The notes beneath the pieces are model-generated. The model had not been told where the DNA came from. It searched no databases and saw only the letters and a program-made list of their open reading frames with translations. From Kudoa neothunni (taxonomy: Eukaryota > Animalia > Cnidaria): a DNA stretch of 64,000 bases. The stretch lies in NCBI GenBank assembly GCA_964304625.1, contig OZ199839.1:6762234-6826233 (forward strand), read 5' to 3'. Below, piece after piece: positions 14,018 to 29,191 of this stretch (its first letter is position 1; every line of letters begins with the position of its first letter). Made by a program: the position numbers and the translations under genes.

Positions 14018-15153
14018 CCCTCCCTGTTCGGCCTGTTCGGAGAGGGGTCCGTGTGGAACCCAAATACGACTGATTTGAACCTAATTTTGGTTTGATAAAT
14101 CTAAACCATCCGTAAAGTTCAAAATTCCTCTAAATATTTACAACACTCGGAATTTCATAAAAAAATTCATTTTAAATGATTATTATTGACTAATTTCAAT
14201 GATTGTTGTGCCTTCAGAGACAAAAATATGTTTTGTTCTTAAGGAAAACATACATGTACCGATAAAATTTATTTTTTTCTAATAATTGTAGATTTGTAGA
14301 TTTAAATATTTAGAAGGTAATATTTAATCGAGTAAATGATGAATCTTCGCTTATTACAAAATTTCACCGCGGATTCCGGAGTTTTAATCCCAAAATAACT
14401 TATCTAATTTCATATTTATTTTTCGTTACTATAACCTTGCCGCTATAAGGGTGTAGGTAGTTCCTCCGCTAAACATTTAATTTTAATGATTTTTAGGGAG
14501 AATCAACGAATTAGTTTAAATATAGTGGATTTTTTTTACTTAACTTTGTAATTATGAAAACTTACTTCATATATTATTAAATTTAAATGGGAAAATTTTT
14601 TAAACCAGAGAAATACAGTGAAAATTAAAATTAAAATTACATAACAGAAATAACAACAAATCTAATTTTCTAACAACAAATTAGATCTGAAAAAATAACG
14701 TATAAATCAAATATCAAGAGTTACTTTGAACTGTGCCTTTTATATATACCTTTAAAATTATAGTAAATTGGAAATTAAAGGCGAGACACCTTTATTCATT
14801 TAACCCATTTATTGTTAATTTGTTGTTTCCGATTTTATACAATCATGCTGCCGCTCGAGTCGATTTTATTTATGATTCCTTCACTTGAAGTGGTTTTCAT
14901 TTTGAAAATTACTTTGTTCTCAGTTAAAATATGTTTAATTTTAATTTATGTACCATTGAATTCTTTCGTAATTTTAAATAGCCGATATTTATGCATTATG
15001 GGACTCTGTTTTTAAGTCTACTAATGTTCCATAATCAATTTAATAGTCTACGCAGAACATCTTATAAATAGTTGGAAAATTGTTTAAAGCACGGCAGTAA
15101 GAAATTAAAGACCATTAAGACAGTTTTTTGTTGGGGTCCGGACTGATCCATCA
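14018..15153. mobile_element. degenerate non-autonomous piggyBac-like element
   Basis: TTAA|CCCTCCCTGTTCGG...GGGGTCCGTGTGGAACCC at the left end. Imperfect inverted copy GGGGTCCGGACTGATCCATCAGAACGGGGAGG at 15133-15163. The right TSD is not clean. Confidence 0.4.
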
Positions 15154-15809
15154 GAACGGGGAGGAATTTTTTTTTGCTCCGTACACGAAGAATTAAATAA
15201 TTTGTTATAATGTAAACTTGATTTTTATAAAATTTATTGATAATAGAGAAATTAATTTAACCATAATTTTTTATTTAATTTTACATATTTTTAATAAAAA
15301 ATGAATAGTTGGTTCAGTTATAACCACATCAATTATTAGCTGTAAATATTTTAGGTCATTTTAATTTCAAATCTATAAATTTTTGTAAAATAATGTATCT
15401 ATAGGATAATAAAATTTCAATTTTATAGTTATATTTTTATTATTATTGAACCATCACCCGACAACTTGAATCCCTATTTCAATCGACTTTCCTAAAACAA
15501 CGCTACCTCGTTGAAGTGAAAAACAAGCCGCATTAAGTCCCCATCTAATGATTTACATTATTCATGATACATACTAGATCAATGTTCCTTTTATAATACA
15601 AAATTTCTCATTATATTTCCCATTAAAAATTAGGTCAAACTTTTATTAAATTACATTTTAGAGCTTTCTATATGAGATTTATTTGTCAAAATTCAAATAA
15701 TATAATTTATAAATTATTACTGAAATGAATTAAAAGTGGGTTATAAAAATGGTAAAAGCAATAAAACTTTGCAAAGATACACGATTGAACCCACCAAATA
15801 CGAACTTAA

Positions 15810-17571
15810 CCTTCCGAGCGCTTCAATATCAACTTTACACTTGGTGTTTTTGGGATTTATTAATTTCCACTTTTAAATTTAATATTGTGAATTTAAATAA
15901 TTGTTTAAACTTCATCATGGAATAATGAAAAAAATCGATCGATAAAATTTCACAAAATTGGCAAAAAACATGTCGGTCGAAATTTACCGATACCATCCGA
16001 ACAATGTTAAGAACTATATGTTCTTGTAAAATAAATTTTTACGAAATATTATTTAACAAGAACTTTCAAAAATATTTAAAATATTGTGTTATAAATTATC
16101 TCATATATAATTAATTAGATTAAAACTTTACGAAACAGCAAAATAATTATCAACAAAATGAAGTAAAAAGGTCTCCAACGTTCAACTTAATCGTATATAT
16201 CAATGTATAAGTTAAAATTTGCGTTCTTTGATCCTCCCTATTATTACTATTATCTATGAGTGTAAAGGAACGGTAGTACTATTATTTATGTTAGATTTAC
16301 AATAAAATCGATACTCTGCCTCTAATTAACAATTTATTATCTACGTCAAAACAGAAATCTCACTTCGCAAAAATATGAAATGTATAATGTAATCCAAACA
16401 TTTATTTCTGTCTAATAAACAGTTAAAACAAGCACATTCGAAATTATTCTTCGTAGCAGTGTTTCTCATATACAACATATGCATTGTCTCACGATCATTG
16501 TTTCTTGGGCTTACAGCACATTTTTTACGGGAATTTTTGGAACAATATTTCTGCTATTTGGATTTCCTGTTCTTGATTTAGTTACAAATTTAGCGCCAAG
16601 GAACGGACCGTGTTGGCGAGATTCTCTAAAATTAGGCTCTTTTGATTTTTTCATTATTCAATATATTTATATAAACCGTTGAATTGGCTAAAATTAACAA
16701 ATCCTTATTATTTTATGGACTTAAGAGGCTAGAATTTTCATGTCATTAAAAAAAGTGTGTTAAATGAGCCCCCTGTTTTACTTTTTTTCATTATACGCGG
16801 AACATTCCACTTATTAGCTTTAAGCGTTCTAACCATGGTAAGAACAATTTTCAAGAACTGAAAGCTCATTGCAGCAATGATTATAAGATTATTAATGAAG
16901 GTCAAACATATTGGCACTACACGCAAAGTTTCTGTAAAGAATTACCATACAAAAATATGTAAAAGAATCCGTTATATTAAAGATTCTCTGAGCTGTCACA
17001 TTCATAAGGCCAGAGGCTTTACTTAAAAAGTTTTCTTTCATATTTTGGTGGTTTTTAAAGCTTCTGTAGCCGGATAAGATTATTGTCATCATATTCAGAT
17101 TAATCAGTGGCTGAATCAATAAAATCAAAGGAATCAATGATTTCACTGAAGTCGGAATTATAACCAGCGGAATGTATTTCGTTAAAGGTCTCCATGACGA
17201 GAAATTTCCGTAATAAAAATAAGTGCGGTTCGTGTATAATCGTACAAACTCGCTGGAAAGTATATCTCATTTTTCTCTTTATTTCGCCGATAGATATTTC
17301 TAATATTCTCAATTCCATTATATTATAATTTTATACATAAAATGATAAAATAAAATTATGGGGTCTATTAGACCCCAACATTTTAAAACGTATAATTTTT
17401 ATTTTAATTTTTATTCATTAATGGTAATTCAAAACTTATTTGGCAGGCATACCGTGTAAAATTTTTTATATCAATAGACCGAGTTTTAGAATATTTAGAT
17501 AAGTGGAAGAGGACAAAAACTATTCTTTAATATGGCTTAGGGTCTAATAGATCCCAAAAGCACCCCGAAGG
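15810..17571 (-). mobile_element. internally deleted piggyBac element with transposase remnants
   Basis: TTAA|CCTTCCGAGCGCTT ... AAGCACCCCGAAGG|TTAA termini and GGGGTC-N5-GACCCC subterminal palindromes. Minus strand has an acidic N-terminal segment (17100-17200) and a broken Cys-rich domain RKKCAVSPRNNDRETMH..CICEKHC (16430-16540). Confidence 0.7.
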
Positions 17572-19499
17572 TTAAAATAATTAAGCTTAGAACTTGTATC
17601 CATTTAAGAAAAAGTAATGATATATTATAAGTATATTTACATTAAATTTTTTAGTTTATCCTTTTTTATTAAACCATGAAACATTTGTGGTTATGATGTA
17701 TTGAGTTCGAAATTAACGAATTTTTTTCGATGATCAACAAACGATTAATGCATAAATGATAAACATTTCGGACGTAGAGACAGACTGAATACTATTAAGT
17801 TGTGGTTAAATAATTAAAGTTTTGTTGAAATAAAAGTTATTTTTTCTTTTTTAGGGCATTTGATTAATAATGACGAAAATATTAGTGTTTTTATGTTTTT
17901 TATTATTTTTATAAATTAAACTTAAAATAAATAGAAAATAGATACTTTTAAGGAATAATTAATTAGAATTTTTAATACATCATTTATTATACCTACAATG
18001 TATAATGATTCTGACTTAAACAATGAAGACTTCATCGCTGAGGAAAAATATTGGTATAGAAAAGAATATTGATGATGATTTATAGTTAAATTTGTATATT
18101 TTATACAGGTAAGGGTCGTATATGAATCAGATTGGATATGAACGAGATAAAGATTCATAAAAATCTTGCACTTGTACTTGCGAACAGAAGGAATAATCGC
18201 TGCCATTAATTTAACAGATAAATATATTTCATCCAATAATAAGATAAAATATTGATCTATTTTTATAATTTATAAATTATATAAATAACAATATAAAGGA
18301 AAATATAAATTTTATAGTAAACATTAACTACCGTTATTTAACAAATTCAGATTCTACACCACAAAATTACATTAGTTTTGTATTATTTGTGCCTTTGTGT
18401 TTATTATCACATTGATCAAACACACAGTGTTAATCATATTATGTACTGGTCAACAATACTCCTATCAAATATTATACATCCAATATAAATATATCAGTTA
18501 ACTTACACGTCAAAACCGAAACGATTTCGAGAAAACAATAGATTAATATAACTCTCAGATGGAACAAACAGTAGGAAATTATTTAAAATGATTGCCTGAT
18601 AACTATATAATATAAATATTTTATTTTAAAACATGTTTGGATATCTTTCAAATATATTGTTATATAGAGGCTCAACAATGTAAGTTTTAAATTTATAAAC
18701 ATAAAAATTATCAGTAAAAATTCTTTCGGTTAAAATGCAGATCATAGATCGGATATGAGTTTTTTAATATTTTATCGAAAATATATTATTTGTATATTAT
18801 ATTATTTCTGAGGCTGCTAACCCTATTAATTAAATATAATATTTAAGGAAGAGACAGAAAATATAATAATAAAAATTTTTAAATATTTCTTTTTGATATA
18901 TGAAATCATTTAATATTTTATAGGCCAAAATATGGATTTTTGTTAAAAATTTATCGTCGTGATAAGCCAGAATCTATTTTTCAAACAGAATTCAACTAAA
19001 TCAAACATATAATAATACTATTTTAAATAATTAAGTAAATTAAATTTATAGAGGTTAAAACGATCAGTACATATGTGATTAAATTTATTGAAATTTAACT
19101 TTGAGTTTTTAAATTATTTTATCTCTATAAAGCAATGTAAATCGTTATTGAAATATAACTAGATTATTGATAATGCACAATAACAGCGTACTTTGAATTA
19201 ATACTTGAATTTAATAACGCTAATTTTTTATCGGGTTGAAGATATGATAGTTATTCTTTTGTTTGAATGATAAGATAATCCCTTATATAAATAACAGCAA
19301 ATTTTTGTTGAATAGCAAAGAGAAGAAATCTGATAGAATGATAAAATTAGCATTTCTGTTTATTTCATGTAATTGTGATTTTTATACGTATAGAATGATT
19401 TTAGGGGAATTATTAAATAGTTTCCTCGTTGAAACCGTAAGAATGAACTATAAGGGTAAAAAATATTATAATTATTAATGGTACAATTGTAGCTTTATT

Positions 19500-20560
19500 T
19501 AGTGGGATAATTTGAATAGTTACACTCGCTTTAACGATACCTCAGCAGCTGGACTCCTAGACAACGTTCAAAGAATGGTTTCGTTCTATTATACTAACAT
19601 TGGACCTAATGTAACTAAAAACTTTTAAACCCAAACTTATAACAATCAACAGTCAACAGATGTTACACTTTTAACCCCTATTATTTCTTATCTAATGGGA
19701 GACATGAAAATTCACAACCAATATTGCGTGGAAAGTGGGAACTGTGATACAAACAACCATGGTAATTTGATTGATTGATTTATTTGTTGTTTGCTGCAAA
19801 TAGGAAATATTTTCAGTTAAATAAATATATCGCATGAATTCAGTTAAAACATTTTTTAAAACTTTAGATGATGATTGTTTTTAACACAATTTTTAGTTAA
19901 CTTGACCTCAGAAAGAACTATGGTCGTTAGATGCGCAGTAACAAAAAAGAAGCTGAACAAATGGAAATTTTTAAAATTCATTAGATATTTAGTAAACTTA
20001 TGGAGTATCAGAATAGTTCCAGAGTCATCGAAGATGTTGTGAGAACATTATGCTACGAAAGTTTTAATTTGCATTACCAAAGAGACATGGTAAACTTTCC
20101 CCCTTCAAGTTGGTATAATAATGCATTCATAGTGTGATCATGTTGTTAAAAAAGCCTGTAATTTGTATGAGGCTTTTGAATTGGAAACTGCGTACAGTGT
20201 TTACTGTAAGATAGATAAAGAACAAGATGACAATATTTTGAAGTATCTTGTATTTGGCCATGAAAGAAATTCAACCTATTATATGGGGTAGTAAAATTTT
20301 TTGTTATAAAATAAAATACAATTGCTAATGTAGAAATATCAAACTTCGAGAATATGTTTTGGAAAATATTGGAGAAAATCAATCCACCTCATGAGTTGAA
20401 TTATTCATTATATTCAAGCATAGAGCTCCGAAAATTTCATAAACATTAGCACTCAATCTCTCTCGTTTCAAAATCAGAATTTTAATTCTTTAAGTTATGT
20501 TGAGATTTATTTTCCAGCAGCGATATGCCGTCAGTGATAGGTTTTGAGAGGATAAATTGA
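19500..20560 (+). pseudogene. exon-like fragments of an unidentified, probably decayed gene
   Basis: Segments with coding-like composition bounded by AG/GT, e.g. 19985-20089 IFSKLMEYQNSSRVIEDVVRTLCYESFNLHYQRDM and 19520-19761 YTRFND...YCVESGNCDTNNH with one in-frame TAA. They cannot be joined into an intact ORF. Confidence 0.3.
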
Positions 20561-21357
20561 CATTAAGTAACTCAGAAGTATCACTTGTAAAAAATGATAT
20601 TTTGAGTGTTTTAAAAACGTTATGTGATAATAATATATCTGAATATATATATATATAATCGATTATAATTCAATTAAAATAGTTATCTACTGAAATCTTT
20701 GATTTTTAATATAAAATTATTAATTCATAATTAATAATAATTTTTATAACAAATAAACTGAACAGAACAATTCTTGATAATAAATAGACTATAAACTAAA
20801 AACCAGGAAATACATTGATTATGAAAATATAATTTAATGAAATAATCAAAAATAATATGATTGGGAATAGTCAATACAATGCCTTTTATTATACACGAAA
20901 AAATAAAGTAATAATATTAACATAATCTTATTAATATATAATTTGCTCAAAATATATTAAATTATTGATAATCATTGAATTCGTAGGATTGCTTTATAGC
21001 AACCTAACACTCTTAATTAATAATTGAAAGTTTATTTTCCACTCTCTTGGATAAACAAAGGTTTATTTGCAACCCTTATTATAGGAACTATACTCGATTC
21101 CAAAATATATATTATATTTAACTCCGTTTCTAATATGTTTAATATTTAAAAAAGGGTTGGAATTTTTTGAACTAGTATAAATATTCAGTATTCTACTGGA
21201 AGTAATAAAATTGTATAATTAAAAAGTAATCAGAATTTTTTTAATAAAATTTATATCATTGTGGAATTAAGTCTATCATTATATAATGAACACTGAAATA
21301 ATAATTATTTAGATTACTTGAGGGTGTCAAAAAAGATAAAGGCGGTTCTCTTATTAA

Positions 21358-22728
21358 CCCTCTAGCTATACTCTATAATGGGGTTGAATCGACCCCAAAG
21401 TAGAATTGAATAACGTATAACTTTTTCTCCCTAAGTTCCAATGTCCTTGGATTCAAGAAATTCTTCATAAATATATTCTTCTATGTAGCTAAGGAAAATT
21501 TGCTAATTTAGGGTTTTTTATGTTGCCAAAATTTGAAGGATACTTTGCGACGATCATTTGGGGTCGATTCGACCCCATCTTTTTATTTCATCTTTTTGTA
21601 TATAAATTTCATAAAATTTGTTGTGTGAGATATTAAACAAATTTACCGACAGGATTCTAAGGAAAATCAAAATTAATCCTTGAACTAATCTTACGCAACC
21701 TGATCGAACATTGCTCGTGCACAATTTCGACGATCGATTGCACTAGATAATTGTCCATAAAAAATTTCGCATTTTAGCTTGTTTCTATTTGCGCGAAAGG
21801 AATACTTTTAGGCAGTTTTTAAAAACTTCTTTTCCACTTGCGCAGATTAATAATGATTAATTCACTACAATAATATAAAATATTTTTTCCTTCAGTAGTG
21901 TAGTAATTTAGTATCAGAATAATATCTATGGATTCTAAATTAAATTTTTGTTATTCCATAACGATGAGTCATGAGTCTACTGGTATTGAATATGTGGACG
22001 TTATAATTGAGGATCCCTCAAGTACCAGATGACGACAGTCTGGACACATACGATAATTCATTTATTAGAAAATATGGGTTAGTTTAGAATCTTACAAAAA
22101 GATCTACATCAATAACAAGCGCAGAGAATATTTTTTTGAACTCTCCGCAGCGCTCAACAATCTATACGACGTTGAGAGTAAAATCAAAGTTTGATTGTTA
22201 TTATTTGCAGTTTGTGCAGTCGCCATGTTTGCATTGACCAGTCGGTTAGACGTTTCATTAAGTATTTCAAAGTTGAAAAAAAATAGACCACGGGAAATAA
22301 TTTATTACGTAGGTAGTGTTATGACATGGTTGAACGTTCGAATGCGTCATTTATTTTATGTGCACGAAGTCATAAAACTCTCTTTTATATTTGTTTTAAT
22401 TTCTGTAAACTTTCGCTAAAATTGTAATAACTAGCATCATTAAATTAATTTGTATAGATGAATCTCATTTCACAATGTAGTCGCCGTTCCTCAATATGTA
22501 ATATTAAAGATATGTAGCGACGTTGTCTGAATCCATACACTAACGGATTATCGAAGAATAACTGGTTAGTAAATTTTAGTTTACTCAAAATTTCCTCCAT
22601 AGATTTCTTATATATTTCATAAACCGAAACAAAACATTTTTTAGTAAAGAAAAAGAAAATGAAAATGTGGGGTCGGTCCGACCCCAAATGATCGTTGTAG
22701 GTAAGTCGTTTTTATGATCGTTAGAGGG
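21358..22728. mobile_element. non-autonomous piggyBac-like element
   Basis: TTAA|CCCTCTAG ... TTAGAGGG|TCAA (mutated TSD). Three GGGGT(C/T)G-N3-CGACCCC palindromes at ~21380, ~21560 and ~22668. Confidence 0.65.
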
Positions 22729-23432
22729 TCAAAGACCCCAAGTGTCACGTAACCTATATCAATGGTCACGTAAAGTATTATATGTCACACAACCTATATT
22801 ATACGTAACGTGACCTAAATTACAAAATAGTTATAATTTTTCGTGAGTGAGGATCGAATTCCTCGTTCTGTTTCTGATTAAGGGTGTTTCCTTGCGAACT
22901 TTTAAGACATAACCCTAAGGAAATATTAGGGTAGTTAAAAATTATTAATAAGTATTATTGGAATCATCAAAATAGCAATAAAATAGATAATTAATATATA
23001 AACCACTAATATCTTTAAGTTGATTACTCGTTGTATTATTGTGATCGTGTTACGCCTATCAGCTACAAAAATTCAAACATTATTGACGTAATATATTCAA
23101 TATAAACCCATAAAATAGTAAAAATTTATTTGAATATCATATTATTTATAAATATTAAATCGATTATATCACCATAATAATATTAATTTTGTGTTACAAC
23201 GATTTTAATAGAATTTAAATCTTTACGTAGGATTTTAAAAATAGGTATTTTTAAGAAAACCTATTTTTTTATTATTAGTATATATTAATTATTAGGAAAT
23301 AATTTTTTATTAAATAACTTCTGTCTGATTTACTAAAAATTATAATATTGAAATTTAATTAGTGATTTATTATTATTAATTTAAAATCGATAAATAACGT
23401 AGTACTATCGATAATCTCTTTCACTGGTAGTA

Positions 23433-23947
23433 ATGGCTTCTTTAAAGATTGTTGTTTGCTTGGTGTTTCTCTTTGTTGGTAGTGTGAGCTTTATTAGTGG
23501 CATGAGTGATAAGTTTTAGTTTCAATATACCCATGGCCAAACTCTTCAGTTGATTCACCCAATCTATATGATGAAATGAATGTTTTCTTAAGAAAATTTT
23601 CCCATAGACACATTAGAATTCCAGTGCGAAAAGATTCTGCATGCTATCGTTGCGAAGCAATTAACTATTTTTGTATGTGCTTATTAATCACTCATATGAC
23701 CGTAGAGAGATGATATAGCAGCAAAAGAAATTTGCAGCAATCCTAAACTAGGGTCATATATTAAAAACTTCTGTCAGATAAATCAACCTAACAATGGTGC
23801 TGTAATCAAAATATTATTATATTTTTCATTCTTAAGTGTTAGTGCGAACAAATGATGAATGATGTGTTTCATGCATACCGAGAAAACTACTCCACGATCC
23901 CTACATCAATGGTGTGTATGGATGCGTGTAATGCTCCTATGGAATAA
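23433..23947 (+). CDS. secreted saposin-like protein (SAPLIP) 2
   Basis: MASLKIVVCLVFLFV signal peptide; CYRCE|RDDIAAKEICSNPKLGSYIKNFCQINQPNNGA|CEQMMNDVFHAYRENYSTIPTSMVCMDACNAPME*. Same 4-exon layout as its paralogs, but the intron 2 donor at the homologous site is GC. Confidence 0.78.
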
Positions 23948-24698
23948 ATCCCAAATGAGTTCTCTGCGATATGCTACCCTAAAAAATATTATTATTCGCA
24001 TAAATTAAAATTCTATTTTATCATTAAATTCTGTCGATGCTCAATCGTTTGCGCATTAAACGTTTAACTTCTCAAAAACCTTGAATCTGGTCTAGTTTGA
24101 AGGTGACGTATTAGTCATTTGTATTCAGATAAAATTGTTTTAACGTATGAGGTTATACAAAACATTAAATTATCAGAATTCTTCGCAGTATTTTGTTAAT
24201 TTTCCAATATTGAGCCAATGTTTTTCTAATATCGCCTTCATTTAATAATATATTTGTTTAAGAATAAATAATGTGGTAATACGATTAATTAATACTTGAT
24301 TCAATTGTAACTTTGTAGATAACAAAAAATATTTGTTGTTTTGATAACAAAACTCCTGTCAATAATTCTCATGTGTTTTATAATTTATGTAAAATAAACA
24401 TATCTATATATTCCATTATTTTTAAAATATTTTCACATTCATCATTGTTCAAAAAAACAATCGGAAATATTTAATTACAAAATTTCTTTCTTCTAAAACT
24501 AAAGCGTGTTGTCACATGCATGTTCTCAATATCTTTCATGTTTATTAATTTGAGTGTCACTCAAACCTTAAATTCCTTGGAGTATACAAACTCGAGCTTT
24601 CATTACAAAATTCCTTAATTACCATAATATATCATTCATCTAATTGAATAATCAATCGTTGAAACAAAATTCCAATATTGTATTTAAGATTTTATTAA

Positions 24699-25884
24699 CC
24701 CTCTAATGTACTAAAAATTGACGGCATTCCGATGAATTTTAGGGTAAAAAATTACTCAAGATTTTTATTTCTCCATTCAAACCATAAAAAAATACTTCAC
24801 CTCAGAAACTAAAAATTGTAAATATCCAAAGGCTAGATTCAGCTATAAAACAACTAACATTCCTAGCAGTAATCCCCATGCCATGATCCTACTAAAACTG
24901 CATTCGTTAAAGATCGCAAGCAAAGGCGCCTTTTCATTCAAGCTTACTGTTTGAGTATATTTCACATTTATATCATGTAATAAATATTTAAATTATTATA
25001 TGAGCAACTAAATAGATCATTTAATGAGAATAAGATCAGCAAATACTCAGAATGAATTTTATGACAGTTTCGTACATCTGAAACAAGCAATTGCGGGTTA
25101 CTTATCAATTTGGTGTAACAAAAATTCAAACCTTAAAAATACTGTTCATTTATTATTTGGTGTGCTGAATTATAACAGGATAGATAAGGTTGATCTCTTA
25201 GGATTTTGGACTTCAAGGATGTTTCTTTCCATTAATGGAAAAATATAGTAACTTCACCAAATTTTAAAAAACTTTCTCATAACCTTATCATCTCACTATT
25301 TTTTTGTAAATTAAACACGTGTTTATAAATAATAAATCCAATAAATGGAAAAACACCAACATAGGTCATCATTACTGATTGTGGATTGATCCGAATTCTC
25401 AAAATTTTCAATCTCGTCTTATTATTACGGCATATCTATCAGTTGTAAAATATTCATAATCATTTCAAAAGAATTTTATTAATTATTTTAATTATTATCG
25501 GTGGAATCCATCTCAATTATCGCGATGTTAAAAATAAAGAAGGAAGTCACGTGATATTCCATAGAAGTAATAACCGTATAACTTCTAATTTCTCCGTCAG
25601 ATAAACCTAAAATTTGATATATACAATAATTATTATTTTATCTTTCAATTGATGTGAAAGAAATCTTGCATAATTTTTTATCCCAAAAATTCAATTCATT
25701 GGATTGTAAACTTGATATAATTTTTCTGATTTTCTACTTTTAATCGAAAAATTTTAAAATAATATATTAATAACTTTTTTGGATGATCAGAAAAAAACTC
25801 GTATCCGATGGAGGGCAAATATATCACGTATACAACCATTAACCTCTCCTTGGGGGAAAAATTTACCCCAAATTCATTAGACGG
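24699..25884. mobile_element. non-autonomous piggyBac element, copy 1 (same family as 40916-42055)
   Basis: TTAA|CCCTCTAATG ... CATTAGACGG|TTAA. Alignable end to end with 40916-42055. GGGTAAAAAATTACCCC-type subterminal palindromes. Confidence 0.8.
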
Positions 25885-28800
25885 TTAATGATGATTTCCA
25901 ACTATTGTATTCCTATAAAAATCCTTAATTGCAGAACTATGGTCTTATATTTAGAAATACGGAGTTTTAGGATTTTTTTAATGTTTTATTTATATTTCCT
26001 GCTACCGATAAACTTAGATAAACTTATTTAATCGGTATTTAAATCAGAATTATCTTTTTCATAGTTATTTGTTGGAGTAGTAATTCATGAAAGTTTTCTT
26101 ATTTAATTATTTAAATATTATACTTATATTTGTGTACCTATTTGATTTCAAAATGTATCATGTATGTGTATGGTTAGATATTTTTTGGAAACTGCAAAAA
26201 TTAATTTCTAATTTTAACACAATTTTTTAAAGATTGAATTTACTATTGAAAATACATTATTGATGAAAAATGAGAAAAATTAAAACTTTAATCATTCAAA
26301 TATTATTATCCATATCTTTTAAATATCGTTCGTATATTACCTTCTAAATTTTTTTATGGTAGACCCGGATCTCAATTATATTTCTTTAAATTGTAATATT
26401 TATGTAAAATGTATGTTACATAATATGTATTCAGACGTAAATACATTTAAATAGCGAATAATAATGCCTAGGGACTTCATCTTAAATGAAATGACCAGAA
26501 ATATTTAGAAAATTAAAAGCTGAATATTTAATTTACATTGATCCAAAAATAACTAGTTGTATTTAATATATACCATTTATTCGATGGATATTGGAATCCA
26601 GATATCTAATGTTGGTCTATAATGTAACTATTCTTTTCATATATTTGAGCATTTTACATCCAAAACCTGGCTAATCGAATATTAAAAATTCACTATTATA
26701 ACAAATTTTAAATGTCAGACATAAATTAAAAAAATAATTAAATTTAGTGTTAAAATGACATAAAATTCGAATTTTGTCATTCTAAATTATTGAAAAAATA
26801 AATCTTGAAAATGTCATTTATGTTTTCTAATATTCGCACATATACACGCCTTGTTTTTTTTCTATTTAAATTTTTGAAAAAAGTCTACACAAATTGAGTG
26901 GAATATCATAATCTATTTCATATTTGCTAATTTCGTTGAAAAAATTAACTTACTTTTACTCAAAATAAATTATATTGAATTCCCATTAATTACTACTAGT
27001 TATGAAATAACACGAACTTCATCTATAACTAATTTTTTTCAAATTATTAGCAATTTTGATGGGTAATTAAAGGAATAATGATTAAAGATTTCAACCGCCA
27101 GTACATGTTTAAAGTTAAAAATAAATATAATATTCTTTTTAATAAGAATTTGAATTTTTCGGCCAGCAGATTGTTATTTATTAATTATAGACAATATTAT
27201 TATTCATATTTACACATATATCCATATGAAAGTTAAGTTTGGAAAATTTCCATTTTTTCCACAATGAATACCACAATATTTTATTTTGTTATATTGAGGG
27301 GCTGATCGTAATACTCGGACATCGTTCCTTGCACCTTCTTCAAATGTCTTAGAGATTGATATGGACAAATTTTCCATTCCACTTAATTGGAATTGCTAAA
27401 CTTTCAATTTAAATTCTCCAAAATTGTTAGATTAAATGTATCTCCAGTGTTGAAGAAACAATTTTCGGAAAAATACTATTAAAATTTGTGCTATCCTTTT
27501 TAATATTCATTTTTCACAGAATCATTATGGATTAAGATCACACAATTTTTAATATATTTAGATATTTTTGACATATCAACTATATTATTTCTATTACATG
27601 TATTAATGAATTTTAAATTATGGCACCAAGTGAAGGACAGAATATTATTATATTACATTTAAATAACTCCAAGGATAATTTTCATTTGATTAGAAATATT
27701 GGTAAAATTGCAGAATAATGACCACATTTAACAACTAAAGAGAATAATTAGTTCGGAAATTAATTCTTAGTTATTTAAATTAAATTAGTGTGAAATTTGT
27801 TGAACATTTAATGGTAGGAATTTTTGTGATTCATCAAATAATTTTTGTTGGTTGTAACGTTAAAACTTGGCTACTATTAATTAGCTAATGCTTGTATAAA
27901 ATATGGAATTCATTCTCATATATAAAAAGGAATTGCTACAATACGCAGATACACGGAACTTACATTATAGATAGGAGCGGCAACTATGACAAACCTCTAA
28001 TAACCTTAGTAGTAATTAGTCGTATTATTGGCACATTTGCTCAGTAGGTATCTCTCTATGCACTAAACAGTAAGCAATCGCCATCGATATATTGTGATAA
28101 TTAATCAAAATCAGAGTTTTCCTGCTTCAATTTTAGAATACATAATGCTTGCTTTACTCGAACCGGTTTAATTGACAGTATAACCTGTTGATATAATCAG
28201 AGCGAACACGGAGTTCAACATATAATAGATTAAGGCTACTATTATTATTATGGCTAATAGCTGTTGCCGAGGTTACCTTACTGGAGATGCAACACTGATA
28301 AATACTCAGTAATAAAATATTCAACAGGTTCGTTTTGTCCGTTGTCACGAAGTTGGATTTCGGCCATTATTCTGCAATTTAACCGAATATTTATTGAAAA
28401 TGTTTTCAGATTGTAATTTAATAAAGGTAGAGGTGACCGCATTCATCTAATTAGGAAACAATACGTGACTTCACGTTGCAAATGCTATCTTTATTGATAA
28501 AACTGTAGGTAGTTGTTGGAATTATTCCGCTGACAGAAAAATTCCATGGTTGTATCGTGATATTTGATGGATATAAAAATTATATTAAATAATAGATTGA
28601 AATATATGTTCACAGTCTCACAACGGGACCAAAGTTATAAATATATTTTAGTTAAATTTATATAAAGATTGCGTTATTATATTTAATGTCACCAAATTAC
28701 TTATTTATAATACGATTAGAATTTAGTAAGTAATTAATCAAACATTTTCTTAGTATTTAAAAATATGGTAAGCTACTGCCTAACTAAAAAATTTTTGTGT

Positions 28801-29191
28801 AATTCTATAAATTATATCGGTTTAATGAAATTATTAATAAAAAAATAGATTGATTAATTACATTTGTTGTAAGCATTATTAAAAATAAGGAATCTTTTAA
28901 TCGAATTTTTTACCCTAATAATATTTTTAAGAAGGGTTATTATACTTTTTAAATTTAAATAAATAAACTGTGTGGGGTTTCATAATTTATGGATGTGTTA
29001 AAGTTCTACGTCAATGTTTGTTTGTATTGAATAAATTAAAAAAATATATTTTCTACCAAAAAATATTACTTGTTCTAATCAATTTAAGCTATCAAATAAT
29101 TTATATTAAATATCGAATAATATTGAGTTACTCATTAAAATTAAAGTGTCAAGGCTTCGTGACATTATCGATAATCTTCAAATCTGCATCA

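Noticed and set aside
22742-23055. TGTCACGTAACC-rich segment resembling a solo LTR
   Set aside because: No clear ...CA end, TSD or second copy in the window.
27900-28560. Slightly GC-richer segment with minus-strand ORF 28154-28348
   Set aside because: No consistent spliced frame or recognisable motif could be built.
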